IMG/VR virus record: IMGVR_UViG_3300006188_000008
Length of the DNA stretch: 64,000 nt
Reading direction: 5' to 3' (one strand)
Source: a virus
Shown here one piece after another: positions 1-8,836 of the stretch (position 1 is its first letter; each line of letters starts with the position of its first letter). The notes beneath the pieces were generated by a model. It was given only the letters and a program-made list of their open reading frames with translations, ran no database searches and was not told the DNA's origin. The position numbers were made by a program, and so were the translations under genes.

Positions 1-390
1 TTGCTTCCAAGTAGACCTGGTTTCTGGAGGATTATAGCACATAACAACTTTAACTTCATTATGGTAAGTATCATCTACAGTTCCATAATGGGTATCAAAT
101 CCTTTAAGAGCCATGGAACTGCGTCCTCTTACATCAATAACAGTGCCCCAAGGAATTTCTGTTCTTTCAACAATACCTCCACCATAAGCAAAAACATTAT
201 TTACTTTCTGCATTCCGGGCAATACTGGGACGAATCCTTCTCCTTGAATTTTAAGGAAAGTTCCTGTAGAAACTAACTTTCGGTCTCCGGGTTTGAAAAC
301 TACAGTTTCTGAAGCTTTAAGATCTGCTCCAGCGTCTGTAGGATTTGCCTTTTCCAAAGTAAAATCTGAAACATACTCAACTGTCAACAT
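1..390 (-). CDS. dut: dUTPase (trimeric type), 3' end beyond window
   Basis: Hand translation from ATG at 390 (not in ORF track): MLTVEY...DAGADL...RGRSS...GTVDDTY = dUTPase motifs 1-3. About 25-aa insertion between motifs 1 and 2. TAATG overlap with pth stop. Confidence 0.88.
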   Translation of the reverse strand, partial: MLTVEYVSDFTLEKANPTDAGADLKASETVVFKPGDRKLVSTGTFLKIQGEGFVPVLPGMQKVNNVFAYGGGIVERTEIPWGTVIDVRGRSSMALKGFDTHYGTVDDTYHNEVKVVMCYNPPETRSTWKQ

Positions 391-956
391 TAATTACCAA
401 CCCACTTACTTAATTCTAAAGAACTACTTTCAAAAACACTTTTTAGTTTGCCTTGTTCTTCAATTGTAAATTCTTCTAACACATATTTAATAGTTTTAAT
501 ATTATTTGGTTTTTCACCAATTCCAATTCTAATACGATCAAAATTATCACCAAAATGTAGAATCATATTTCTAATTCCGTTATGGAAACTAGTATTAGTT
601 TCTTTCTTTGGTTTTACAATTCCTAAAGGTAAAAGCAACTCATCTACTAAAATTACTACTTTTGCATTCCTATACTCGTAATAATTACTTTCAAGAAAAT
701 CTTTAACCATTTCTCCAGTGGAATTAATACATTTTTGAGGTTTAAGATAAAGAGTGTCATCTTTAAGAGCCCAATGAGCTACCTTATTTTTAGTATTAAG
801 ATTAATTTTTCTAATAGCTAGAAAATCATCTAAAGCCTTATAACCTATATTATGTCTAGTATTAAAAAGATTCTCTTCTGGATTTCCCATACCAATCACA
901 ATACGTTTTACTTCAGTCTTTTTAAACTGACTATAAATTTTCTTAAAAATATTCAT
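390..956 (-). CDS. pth: Peptidyl-tRNA hydrolase
   Basis: IGMGNP, NTRHNIG, LKPQ, VDEL, HNGI, RIRIGIG, YVL motifs; catalytic N, H, D, H positions present. Confidence 0.92.
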   Translation of the reverse strand: MNIFKKIYSQFKKTEVKRIVIGMGNPEENLFNTRHNIGYKALDDFLAIRKINLNTKNKVAHWALKDDTLYLKPQKCINSTGEMVKDFLESNYYEYRNAKVVILVDELLLPLGIVKPKKETNTSFHNGIRNMILHFGDNFDRIRIGIGEKPNNIKTIKYVLEEFTIEEQGKLKSVFESSSLELSKWVGN

Positions 957-1171
957 AAAATAACTTTCATTAAATTTGAAATAAGAGAAGATTTTGCTTG
1001 ATAAAAAGTATAAGAAGGAACTGAATTTCTCAATCTAAACGCCCAATGATTATTTTTATCAATCAAACAACTAAAAAATAAAATACGTCTTTTGTCTTCA
1101 ATAGTATAGTTAAGTCTAGAATTTAAACATCGCCCTAAATCTTTACCACAAAACAAACAGATATCAATCAT
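953..1171 (-). CDS. Small Cys-rich (zinc-ribbon-like) protein
   Basis: N-terminal CxxC, second Cys cluster; overlaps neighbours in a coupled operon. Confidence 0.55.
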   Translation of the reverse strand: MIDICLFCGKDLGRCLNSRLNYTIEDKRRILFFSCLIDKNNHWAFRLRNSVPSYTFYQAKSSLISNLMKVIL

Positions 1172-1487
1172 CTTCTAACCATCCGTTTTGAATATATCCA
1201 TGATAAATTAATTTACCTTCTACAGTAATTCCTATAGAATTATTACCAATTCCACAATACTTACATCCACCTTTTTCTATATGAATAGTTGTATGATGTC
1301 CAGACATCGCTGCTTGCCATGAACACACTTTTCTTTCAGGCTGCTTACAATTATTAGGTTGTGCTTGAGGAGTCCACCACATTTTACAAGGAAGTAATAC
1401 ATGTGTCCTAAATATAGAATCTAGTTTAGTGGCTCCTGGATACTGATTTTTATCCCAAGAATCTGTCGCATATAATTTATATCTCAC
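1164..1487 (-). CDS. Hypothetical Cys/His protein (possibly DUF6527-like)
   Basis: CKxC and C-terminal HGYIQNGW; family assignment from memory, weak. Confidence 0.5.
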   Translation of the reverse strand: MRYKLYATDSWDKNQYPGATKLDSIFRTHVLLPCKMWWTPQAQPNNCKQPERKVCSWQAAMSGHHTTIHIEKGGCKYCGIGNNSIGITVEGKLIYHGYIQNGWLEDD

Positions 1488-1690
1488 AAAAGTATCTCCA
1501 ACATAAGTTCTTTACTTAATTTTAAAGCCGGGATATGATATTTATGCCAAATATCTTTATTATGTAAGAAATACTTTGCATATTTATACATAATACAATC
1601 AAAATTTCTACACCACATTTGATAGTAATAATTATCTCTGTTTAGGTCTTCTAATGGTTCATTACAAAGTAAACAATTATAAATATTCAT
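1484..1690 (-). CDS. Small Cys-rich zinc-ribbon protein
   Basis: CLLC...CRNFDC; coupled start/stop. Confidence 0.55.
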   Translation of the reverse strand: MNIYNCLLCNEPLEDLNRDNYYYQMWCRNFDCIMYKYAKYFLHNKDIWHKYHIPALKLSKELMLEILL

Positions 1691-1899
1691 AATAACAATT
1701 TTAACACTTTAACTGCCCAAAATTGTCTAGATTTAACAGGACTTGCAGTTTCTGGTTCCTCTTCAAAAGGTCTTTTTTCATTTAATTTAGATAAAAAACA
1801 TGTTTCGTTTAAACATCCATGATGATAATTAATGTGATGCAAACCTAAATCGTGAAGGCTTCTTCCACAAACTATACAGTAAGTTGATAAACGAATCAT
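1687..1899 (-). CDS. Small Cys-rich zinc-ribbon protein
   Basis: CIVC...CLNETC; likely start MIRL at 1899 (ATGA overlap). Confidence 0.55.
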   Translation of the reverse strand: MIRLSTYCIVCGRSLHDLGLHHINYHHGCLNETCFLSKLNEKRPFEEEPETASPVKSRQFWAVKVLKLLL

Positions 1900-2099
1900 A
1901 AAAATACTTTCATTATATAAGAATTCCAAGCTTTAACTGCTTCATATTTATCTAAATTTGTTAGATAAGAAAAATCGTGGTTAAATTCTAATTTATTTAG
2001 GATGCAGTGTTTGTTAGTGCAGAATATGCACCAGGCTTGGTGTTCATGTAATATATCCCAAGCCTCTTCCAAACAAAACTGACATGTTAGTCTAGTCAT
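1896..2099 (-). CDS. Lar-like zinc-ribbon protein
   Basis: CQFC...CTNKHC...EAVKAWN resembles the Lar (restriction alleviation) family pattern. Confidence 0.55.
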   Translation of the reverse strand: MTRLTCQFCLEEAWDILHEHQAWCIFCTNKHCILNKLEFNHDFSYLTNLDKYEAVKAWNSYIMKVFL

Positions 2100-2637
2100 A
2101 AAAATCTTTATATGGATTCATTTTTGAAAAAATTAAAATATCTTTACTTTTATCGTAATAAGAAGCTTGAGTTCTGTCATAATACAGGCCAGCTTTTTGT
2201 AGCGTCTTTCTGCTTCCGTAATTTCCTATATAACACTTACCTTGAATCATATCTACATCAGAATTTCTGAAAATGTATTCTACAACACATTTGGCTGCTT
2301 CTGTTGTAATTCCTAATCCCCAAAATCTCTCAGATAGACCGAATCCTAGCTCCCCTACTCCTCTAAAAACAGGACACATTATGGTGCCAATAACTTTATC
2401 TGCGTCTCTTAATGTAATGCCTAATTCAGGCAGTTCTCCAAAAGGCAGATTTTTGTTTAAACTATTTTTAATAGAAAGATGAACTGATTGTTCACTACAT
2501 GTAGAAAAAAGCATGTGTTTATTAAAAACTGGAGTCTTTGAATAGTTCCAAATATCTTCTGCATCTTGCTCTCTAAGTAGTCTAAGTTTTAATCTAGCCG
2601 TGTATATAGGTCTCTGCATTAAATTTATATCCTCCAA
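2092..2637 (-). CDS. GNAT N-acetyltransferase, RimJ/RimL family
   Basis: TARLKLRLL, ELGFGL..RFWGLGITTEA, N.GSRKTLQKAG motifs. Confidence 0.85.
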   Translation of the reverse strand: MEDINLMQRPIYTARLKLRLLREQDAEDIWNYSKTPVFNKHMLFSTCSEQSVHLSIKNSLNKNLPFGELPELGITLRDADKVIGTIMCPVFRGVGELGFGLSERFWGLGITTEAAKCVVEYIFRNSDVDMIQGKCYIGNYGSRKTLQKAGLYYDRTQASYYDKSKDILIFSKMNPYKDFYD

Positions 2638-2821
2638 CTAACAATGTTTGAAGTGTATTCCAATTGTTATTAATTTTTTTAGTAGCCATACTTGTTTTTA
2701 AATGTTTAAAAAAACAAGCACAATCTAAATAGTATCCATATCTCATTACGTTATTAAATTTAATCGCAGTATAATATAATACTGGAACAGTTTTACATCT
2801 ATAACAAACTAAAACAGGCAT
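2594..2821 (-). CDS. Lar-like zinc-ribbon protein
   Basis: CYRC...CAC...WN pattern. Confidence 0.5.
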   Translation of the reverse strand: MPVLVCYRCKTVPVLYYTAIKFNNVMRYGYYLDCACFFKHLKTSMATKKINNNWNTLQTLLVGGYKFNAETYIHG

Positions 2822-2988
2822 TTTAACATTAAGCTATTCCAGTCTGCAATAAGGCACCGTCTGTCATAGTATATGTAATCGTAAAATTTCTGCCGACAAT
2901 TATTAACACAATATAAATGACAATACACTTCATTAAATTTAATTAGTTTAGGAGTTTTTCCGCAAATTGGGCACGGCAATATCATCAT
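2809..2988 (-). CDS. Lar-like zinc-ribbon protein (59 aa, not in ORF track)
   Basis: Hand translation MMILPCPICGKTP...CVNNC...IADWNSLMLKCLF; fills the gap with an ATGA overlap. Confidence 0.6.
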   Translation of the reverse strand: MMILPCPICGKTPKLIKFNEVYCHLYCVNNCRQKFYDYIYYDRRCLIADWNSLMLKCLF

Positions 2989-3242
2989 AAAATCTGCCTT
3001 CTAGTTATATGTGTATTCCAAAAATACAATAATTTAGGCCATTTGGGTTCTGAGAAAGTAGATGAGGCTGCAGAGAATAGGTGGGCTCTTTTTCCTCTAG
3101 GAAAATATTTTCTATTACAATCACATCTAACATTTAATCCTCTTGTAAAGTCATTAGAAAACATTATTGAAAATTTAAAATAAACTTTATTACAAATAAA
3201 GCAAGGTAGAAATTTTCTCTTAACTTCTTCTTCAGTTACCAT
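2985..3242 (-). CDS. Lar-like zinc-ribbon protein
   Basis: LPCFIC...CDC...FWN. Confidence 0.55.
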   Translation of the reverse strand: MVTEEEVKRKFLPCFICNKVYFKFSIMFSNDFTRGLNVRCDCNRKYFPRGKRAHLFSAASSTFSEPKWPKLLYFWNTHITRRQIL

Positions 3243-3439
3243 TACAAAACTTGTTCCTTAAGTAAAGACATGTTCCAATTGTAAACAAGTTGTTTTATTA
3301 AGTGTCTGTATCCAGTTAATCTTTTATACCTGCAATTACAAAATATACTAATAGTAGTATAAGTTACTGCTGAATGTTTCATTCCACACTGAAAACAGTT
3401 AAAAGCAAAAGCCATCCTATATGACTCTAATTCAGTCAT
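3242..3439 (-). CDS. Lar-like zinc-ribbon protein
   Basis: CFQC...CNC...NWN. Confidence 0.55.
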   Translation of the reverse strand: MTELESYRMAFAFNCFQCGMKHSAVTYTTISIFCNCRYKRLTGYRHLIKQLVYNWNMSLLKEQVL

Positions 3440-3627
3440 AAAATTTGAGTCCTTAAAATATAATTATTCCACTTTAATATTTTAGAAGACAACTCTGTCA
3501 TATAATAATAACAATTAGAGCCTTCCCAAGTTTCTCTGTAAGGACATATACAGCAAATTCTAAAACAATCTTGTCCTGTAAATATTACACCTTTTCGGCC
3601 ACAGTTAAAACAAGGTAAAGTTTTCAT
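3436..3627 (-). CDS. Lar-like zinc-ribbon protein
   Basis: LPCFNC...CICP...KWN. Confidence 0.55.
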   Translation of the reverse strand: MKTLPCFNCGRKGVIFTGQDCFRICCICPYRETWEGSNCYYYMTELSSKILKWNNYILRTQIL

Positions 3628-3635
3628 TAAAAATA

Positions 3636-3677
3636 AACCTTAGTGTGTTATTCGAGTTAGTCTAACACACTAAGGTT
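3636..3677 (-). terminator. 15-bp hairpin downstream of terL
   Basis: AACCTTAGTGTGTTA / TAACACACTAAGGTT followed by a T-rich tract; 3' arm includes the AAGG upstream of the next ATG. Confidence 0.7.
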
Positions 3678-3732
3678 ACAAAATTGTTAACAAAAAGTTA
3701 ATTTTTTGTTAATTTTTTTAAATTATAAATAC

Positions 3733-6255
3733 TTACCATCTATAACTTTCAATATTGAAATTTCTCATAATACGATCTCTAGCATACCAAGCCATCAGAA
3801 TAGAGGCAACACTGTCGGGCAAATGTTTTGCGCCATACGCTTGTTCATAAGTCAAATATTTTAATTCTTGTTCTAAGAATTTAATTCTTGGCATTTTAAT
3901 TTTCCTTTGCTGGACACAAGAAATAAATTTATTCATAAGATTTTCTAGAAGTTTCTTATTAGAGAAATTAATAGGGTAAGAATTATTTTGAACTATCTCT
4001 GAAACAATTTGGGACATACCTGTTGCATCATGGGCGGCGGGGCCTGGGAAATTAGAAAGAATTTCATCATATTTCTCTACCATTTTCTTAAGACCTGATT
4101 CTCGCTCAGGTCTATGCCAGTAACAAAGATAATCTACGCCTTCAGGATCAGAATTAGATCCAAACACAGAAAATACCGTCCAGTCGATTTTTACTCCCCA
4201 GTCGGCTCCTGTATAAAAGGAATCAATTTCTTTACTAGGAAATTTATCAGGATCCATAATTACTTCTTGCCCTGGAGCACCTTCATATACTCCAAGATCT
4301 GGATCCATCATCCATTCAATATCATTAAGATTAAATACAGTGTTTTCTGCTGCTGGTTCACCATTTTCAAACTGTCTACGCCAAACCTCAGGTGAAACCA
4401 TAGATTTCATGCGTTCCATTTGATCTACAGTTAGATACCCACCATTTTCAGCTAGAACGTCCTTGTAACAAAATTCATAAACAGGGGTGACTACTTTACC
4501 AGCAACTTTATTTGCTGCATTTGCTCTGTCAATAAATGCCGAAAGGGTTCCTCCTGAAGCATAGTGAGTTGAAGAAATTAAAATATTTTCTTTAACGAAG
4601 CCAATAGGATGAGCACAAGGAATTGCTCCGTCAATTAATTCAAGATCGCAAACGTCCGCCTCGTCGATTCTAAGTCTTGAAGGTCTTTGTCCATAAACTG
4701 AGGTTGGAGAGGCGGGGAGGCATTTAATGAGTCCCCCTGTCACAATACGAGAGGACTCCATCAATTCCGCCTTACGGTCTTGAAGAGCTTTAGGAGCATT
4801 TACGGAAGTCCAAAACATTCCTTGAGTTCGTGTATTGACTTGACTAATATATTCAAAGACTTTTCTAGATTGAGTTTGAGAACCTCCTAAAATTAATACT
4901 TCAGCATTCAAATTAATTTGTTCAGTTAACGCAAGAGCACCTACCAACACTGAATTATGTGTAACCACTAAATTATCTGTAAGGTAGGTTTGAGTTTGAC
5001 TATCTACAGTTATACATGAAGCTTGTTCATATTTTTCTAGATACTCAATACTTCTAATATTTCTTTTAATAGGATTACATTTTGGAGGTTGATATGCTTC
5101 AGCTTTTCTTTTTAATTTAAAGGGATTAAAATCTAATTTAATTCTTGTTTGATATTGAGGTAAATAAGTTTCTTTTTCTTTAGATTTATCTCTAATTCCA
5201 GTATAAGCTACGCCTCCCAGAGATTGTACAATAAATCTAACCGCCTCAGTTAAATGTTTAGAGGTTGAAACAAAACTAGCTCCTCTACTTTCTGACTTTA
5301 CTGCTGTTCCGTCTGTATCAAAAAGACCACGAAGTAATTCAAGTCTTTGATCAATAGAAGAAAATAAATATTGCTTAGGAACAAATTTAGTATCACACTT
5401 TAATCCATGCAGCCCTAATTCTTTAAGTTTATCTGTTAGAAAATTTCTAAAAACACTTCCTTCTCTATAATGTCCTACAAGTCTGTATTGAAAAGGAGCA
5501 TTATATTTTACTTCCATACCTTCTGGTAAGCAAGGAATGATGTTTTCAATAGTTTCATAATCATTAGGATGCGCTGATATGTTGGGAGTGCTTCCTACAA
5601 GACAACCGTCACCCAATAATACTCCTAATAGATAAGGATGGATAGGAAGATCTACTTCAGGAAATTCAATGGGCTTTACAATAGGAATTTGCCAATTTGA
5701 GGCATTATTTTTTCTTCTTAAATTTCCTACTAAATCTTTAGTAGCTTTTACTTGCCACTTATCTGTATGAAAATCTCTTTGAACTGTCCATAAATGATCT
5801 TCACAGCAATCTACATAGGTATGATCACCAAATTTTACTCTAACCATCTGCTTTAGGCCCTGAGGAAATACTCCAGTTACATTAACTGGTTTTCCGTCCA
5901 TATCAATTACTTGATCTCCAACTTTAATTTCTCCCATAGTTGTCCAACCTGTGGGTGTTAAAAGTTTAGAGGAATGACCAAGGGCTTTGCCTGTTCCCCG
6001 AGCACCTTTAAGAACAATTAAAGGATATCGAGCATAAAAAGCGTCACTAAAGACTTTAAAAGGAGGAGTGCAAGGTACAGATTTTTTAGCACACTCCGGG
6101 TGACATTTATCAGGAAAGGATATGTTCCAAAAAAATTTAAGATAATTCTTAAGTCTATGGTTTTCTTCTTCTTCTCTACCTGGGCCCAGGGGAAGAAGGG
6201 GCTTTTGCGCTAAAATACCCAATTGTTCTTCTCTAGATAGACTATCAAAGTCCAT
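3733..6255 (-). CDS. Terminase large subunit with intein
   Basis: Walker A GARGTGK|S, Walker B LRIDEAD, nuclease ADWG..D and HLPD acidic motifs. Confidence 0.85.
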   Translation of the reverse strand: MDFDSLSREEQLGILAQKPLLPLGPGREEEENHRLKNYLKFFWNISFPDKCHPECAKKSVPCTPPFKVFSDAFYARYPLIVLKGARGTGKALGHSSKLLTPTGWTTMGEIKVGDQVIDMDGKPVNVTGVFPQGLKQMVRVKFGDHTYVDCCEDHLWTVQRDFHTDKWQVKATKDLVGNLRRKNNASNWQIPIVKPIEFPEVDLPIHPYLLGVLLGDGCLVGSTPNISAHPNDYETIENIIPCLPEGMEVKYNAPFQYRLVGHYREGSVFRNFLTDKLKELGLHGLKCDTKFVPKQYLFSSIDQRLELLRGLFDTDGTAVKSESRGASFVSTSKHLTEAVRFIVQSLGGVAYTGIRDKSKEKETYLPQYQTRIKLDFNPFKLKRKAEAYQPPKCNPIKRNIRSIEYLEKYEQASCITVDSQTQTYLTDNLVVTHNSVLVGALALTEQINLNAEVLILGGSQTQSRKVFEYISQVNTRTQGMFWTSVNAPKALQDRKAELMESSRIVTGGLIKCLPASPTSVYGQRPSRLRIDEADVCDLELIDGAIPCAHPIGFVKENILISSTHYASGGTLSAFIDRANAANKVAGKVVTPVYEFCYKDVLAENGGYLTVDQMERMKSMVSPEVWRRQFENGEPAAENTVFNLNDIEWMMDPDLGVYEGAPGQEVIMDPDKFPSKEIDSFYTGADWGVKIDWTVFSVFGSNSDPEGVDYLCYWHRPERESGLKKMVEKYDEILSNFPGPAAHDATGMSQIVSEIVQNNSYPINFSNKKLLENLMNKFISCVQQRKIKMPRIKFLEQELKYLTYEQAYGAKHLPDSVASILMAWYARDRIMRNFNIESYRW
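4954..5985 (-). mobile_element. Intein (344 aa) with LAGLIDADG endonuclease, Ala1 / class 3-like
   Basis: Starts A after GTGK, ends THN before Ser; HLW block B, Cys in block F (ASCITV); LLGDG and LFDTDG motifs. Confidence 0.92.
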
Positions 6256-6262
6256 AAAATAA

Positions 6263-6302
6263 AATAACCTCTATTACTTGTTTATTAGTAATAGAGGTTA
6301 TT
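6263..6302 (-). promoter_or_regulatory. 15-bp hairpin sequestering the terL ribosome-binding site (or terminator)
   Basis: AATAACCTCTATTAC / GTAATAGAGGTTATT; GAGG lies in the 3' arm just upstream of terL ATG. Confidence 0.6.
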
Positions 6303-6318
6303 CTGTAAAATTGAATAG

Positions 6319-6579
6319 TTAACCTTTGTAGAACAATTTTATTCTATCTTCTAAAGAATGTCTTAGACAAGATTGATATAATGGACTGTAAGTTTTTAAA
6401 ACAGTTCTATTTTTAATTTGATCTACTAAATAATACCAACCCTTATCTAACATATAAACGCTACAAAATAATCTATCAGTTCTCCAAATTACTAAAGAAT
6501 CTACAAAAGTAGATACATCAAAAGATTTTTGATTGAACCATGTCCAAACCTGACCTTTTTTAAAAACAACTGGATACAT
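6319..6579 (-). CDS. Hypothetical protein
   Basis: ORF in operon orientation; no recognised motif. Confidence 0.5.
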   Translation of the reverse strand: MYPVVFKKGQVWTWFNQKSFDVSTFVDSLVIWRTDRLFCSVYMLDKGWYYLVDQIKNRTVLKTYSPLYQSCLRHSLEDRIKLFYKG

Positions 6580-6871
6580 AATAAATTAATCCTAATATAA
6601 TACAAACTACTGGAATACTTACATATATAGGAATAAAATTATTTTTTGGTTCCCATTTTTCAAATTTAGTTTGTTCATCATAAGGATTAACTCTTATTAC
6701 TTTAACTTCTAAACATGAAAGAAGTATTTCACAAATATTAATCAATCTAACTATTAAACTTTTTGCTACTATTTCAGAACGATAATGTTCATTCCATTGA
6801 AAAGATTTATATTCAAACTTACATTGATTTAATTCAGCTCTTTGTTCTGATATATTTACACAACTACTCAA
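6560..6871 (-). CDS. Hypothetical protein with C-terminal hydrophobic segment
   Basis: IYVSIPVVCIILGLIYY putative TM. Confidence 0.55.
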   Translation of the reverse strand: MSSCVNISEQRAELNQCKFEYKSFQWNEHYRSEIVAKSLIVRLINICEILLSCLEVKVIRVNPYDEQTKFEKWEPKNNFIPIYVSIPVVCIILGLIYYVSSCF

Positions 6872-7022
6872 ATTTCATTAATCTCCTTATAATTCTATTA
6901 CAACTTACTGGAGAATTCAAATCTCTAACATATAATGTTATGTTGGCATATCTAAGATTATAATAGGCTTCATCTAGTATTGTATATTTTTGGTCATAAA
7001 GGAAAAAAAGTTTATCTTTCAT
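6864..7022 (-). CDS. Small protein, YxLxYxNI family (52 aa, not in ORF track)
   Basis: Hand translation contains YYNLRYANITLYVR. Confidence 0.5.
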   Translation of the reverse strand: MKDKLFFLYDQKYTILDEAYYNLRYANITLYVRDLNSPVSCNRIIRRLMKFE

Positions 7023-7161
7023 TTTCTCTCATAAGTAATCTTCTTATATGAAAACAAGAACAAGAATGGTCATCTCTTTGAAATATAATTAAGTTCGCAT
7101 ATTTTAAATAATATAAATGACCGTAACGCTGAATTCTTGTGCTAAATAACCCTTCTTTCAT
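7012..7161 (-). CDS. Small protein, YxLxYxNI family (49 aa, not in ORF track)
   Basis: Hand translation contains YYLKYANLIIFQR; ATGA overlap with amidase stop. Confidence 0.5.
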   Translation of the reverse strand: MKEGLFSTRIQRYGHLYYLKYANLIIFQRDDHSCSCFHIRRLLMRENER

Positions 7162-7751
7162 TTTAAAAAAAGTTCTCTAACTCGTTCCCTTATTTTAAAT
7201 CCTCCAGAACCCATTGGATCGGAAGGTTTCAATTGAGCTAAATCCCAACGTTCTGCATAGCCACCAGGCCACCCATCTTGCCAAGAAGTTGGACCATAAT
7301 TACAATGAGGCATTCCCAAAGTTCGGGCATAGGCATCATACTCTTCTGCTTGCACAGAAGATATAGGTCTTTTATTAGAAACTTTAACAGCTATATCTTT
7401 TGCAAAATCTCTATTGGCAGCTGCTTCTGCATGAGTCATTATTCTATTAATATCTAATTTTTCTAAAGGCCAATTTTCTTTTTTTACAATTGAAACTATT
7501 TCTTTACACATAGACTCAATTTGAGCTTCTTGAGGAGGGAAATCTTTCCAAACAGTTCCTCCCATACAAGCTAAAGATATAGCTACAGAATTTTTATTTC
7601 TTCCAAAAGTATGAGCATTTAAAGGCTGTTCATAAGGAGTTAATCTGTGAATAACTCCTTTATCTCCAATAACAGTATGATAATGTCCTGGAACTTTCCA
7701 ACTATAAGAAGTAGCTGTCCAGTGTAAGTATATTTTGTAAATCTTATTCAT
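7158..7751 (-). CDS. N-acetylmuramoyl-L-alanine amidase (Amidase_2-like), probable endolysin
   Basis: IYLHWTA, YH, AHT.GRN..SVAISL, QIE, MTHAE zinc-amidase motifs. Confidence 0.8.
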   Translation of the reverse strand: MNKIYKIYLHWTATSYSWKVPGHYHTVIGDKGVIHRLTPYEQPLNAHTFGRNKNSVAISLACMGGTVWKDFPPQEAQIESMCKEIVSIVKKENWPLEKLDINRIMTHAEAAANRDFAKDIAVKVSNKRPISSVQAEEYDAYARTLGMPHCNYGPTSWQDGWPGGYAERWDLAQLKPSDPMGSGGFKIRERVRELFLK

Positions 7752-7987
7752 AGATAATTAACCATTCTATATTTTAGACTACCTTTATTAGCTAGGGCTT
7801 GCCAATAATATTTTGCAAGATTCGTGTTAGAAAACTTCTCTAAGTATTTTCTACAATTAGTATCTTCCTCAACTTTAATATGCCTATTACCATCTGCATA
7901 AACAAGAGCAATAGGTATATTTCTATAGGAAATATAGTAAAAATTTTCTCTTTCTCTATGCTCAACAATTATTTCCGAAGCTAACAT
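7748..7987 (-). CDS. Small protein, YxIxYxNI family
   Basis: YYISYRNIPIALV. Confidence 0.55.
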   Translation of the reverse strand: MLASEIIVEHRERENFYYISYRNIPIALVYADGNRHIKVEEDTNCRKYLEKFSNTNLAKYYWQALANKGSLKYRMVNYL

Positions 7988-8211
7988 TCTAACTGCCAGA
8001 TTTGATATTTTTTATTTCTAGAAGGCACACATCTCCATTTACTCGGGGGCAAATCTTTCCATAATATTTTAGCATAATCTAAACAAGAAAAATTATAAGA
8101 GTCATCGTATTGGTTATAACATCTTACAAAACCTAATGGAATATTTCCATAAGTAATTATGTAATGTCTTAATTGATTGTCATAATTAGCTCTATAGTAA
8201 TTATATTTCAT
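7981..8211 (-). CDS. Small protein, YxIxYxNI family
   Basis: YIITYGNIPLGFVR. Confidence 0.55.
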   Translation of the reverse strand: MKYNYYRANYDNQLRHYIITYGNIPLGFVRCYNQYDDSYNFSCLDYAKILWKDLPPSKWRCVPSRNKKYQIWQLEC

Positions 8212-8486
8212 ATAAGAAATAGTTTAAATTTATTTAAACCTGAATCTTCCCATTGAATTTTATTCAAAAGCTCTTTGTTAGAAAACTTCTCTATATATCC
8301 AACACAATGTTGATTAAGATTTTTATTATGTAATCTATGATTAATATTTAAAGCCGTAGCAAAAACAATATTTAAATATTTAATTTTATAAATTAAATTT
8401 TTCGGCATATATTCAACTTCAAAATTAGTTAAATCCAAATGTAAATCTCTCAATCTGAAATAAAAAAAAGAGAATCTCTGCCGCAC
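8208..8486 (-). CDS. Small protein, YxIxYxNI family (true start probably downstream of 8486)
   Basis: YKIKYLNIVFA; called start lies in a terminator loop. Confidence 0.5.
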   Translation of the reverse strand: MRQRFSFFYFRLRDLHLDLTNFEVEYMPKNLIYKIKYLNIVFATALNINHRLHNKNLNQHCVGYIEKFSNKELLNKIQWEDSGLNKFKLFLI

Positions 8487-8508
8487 GCCTCATACACAGA
8501 GATTCTCT
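8462..8508 (-). terminator. Intrinsic terminator
   Basis: 12-bp stem AGAGAATCTCTG/CAGAGATTCTCT plus T tract. Confidence 0.7.
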
Positions 8509-8632
8509 CGAAAAAACATCGTTTTTTCTATACTGATTTTTTCTAAAAACAAACTAAGTGATAAGCCTTATTTGTTTAATAGTTTAAGTAGGATTATTCA
8601 GTAAACCTTGGGCCTTAAGCTTTATGGTTTAG

Positions 8633-8661
8633 ATTCTACACTAAGCAAAGGAGTTTGTCAA
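8633..8661 (-). promoter_or_regulatory. Sigma70-type promoter
   Basis: TTGACA-17 bp-TAGAAT. Confidence 0.75.
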
Positions 8662-8662
8662 G

Positions 8663-8743
8663 TTAACGTTTTGTTACCAAGGCTAGGAGTTCCTCAAACG
8701 TTTTAGCTTGGTTCATGTTTTTAACATCAATCACAGTGAACAT
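8663..8743 (-). CDS. 26-aa small ORF
   Basis: MFTVIDVKNMNQAKTFEELLALVTKR with strong GGGAGG RBS. Confidence 0.45.
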   Translation of the reverse strand: MFTVIDVKNMNQAKTFEELLALVTKR

Positions 8744-8836
8744 TTACTACCTCCCTAGTTACTCTCTACTAGTAGTATACTCCAAGCAAACCTAGCTTGA
8801 GGATACCCTTACATACTCCAGTCTAGTATTCTGATA

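Noticed and set aside
1-276. Plus-strand 91-aa ORF
   Set aside because: Antisense shadow of the minus-strand dUTPase.
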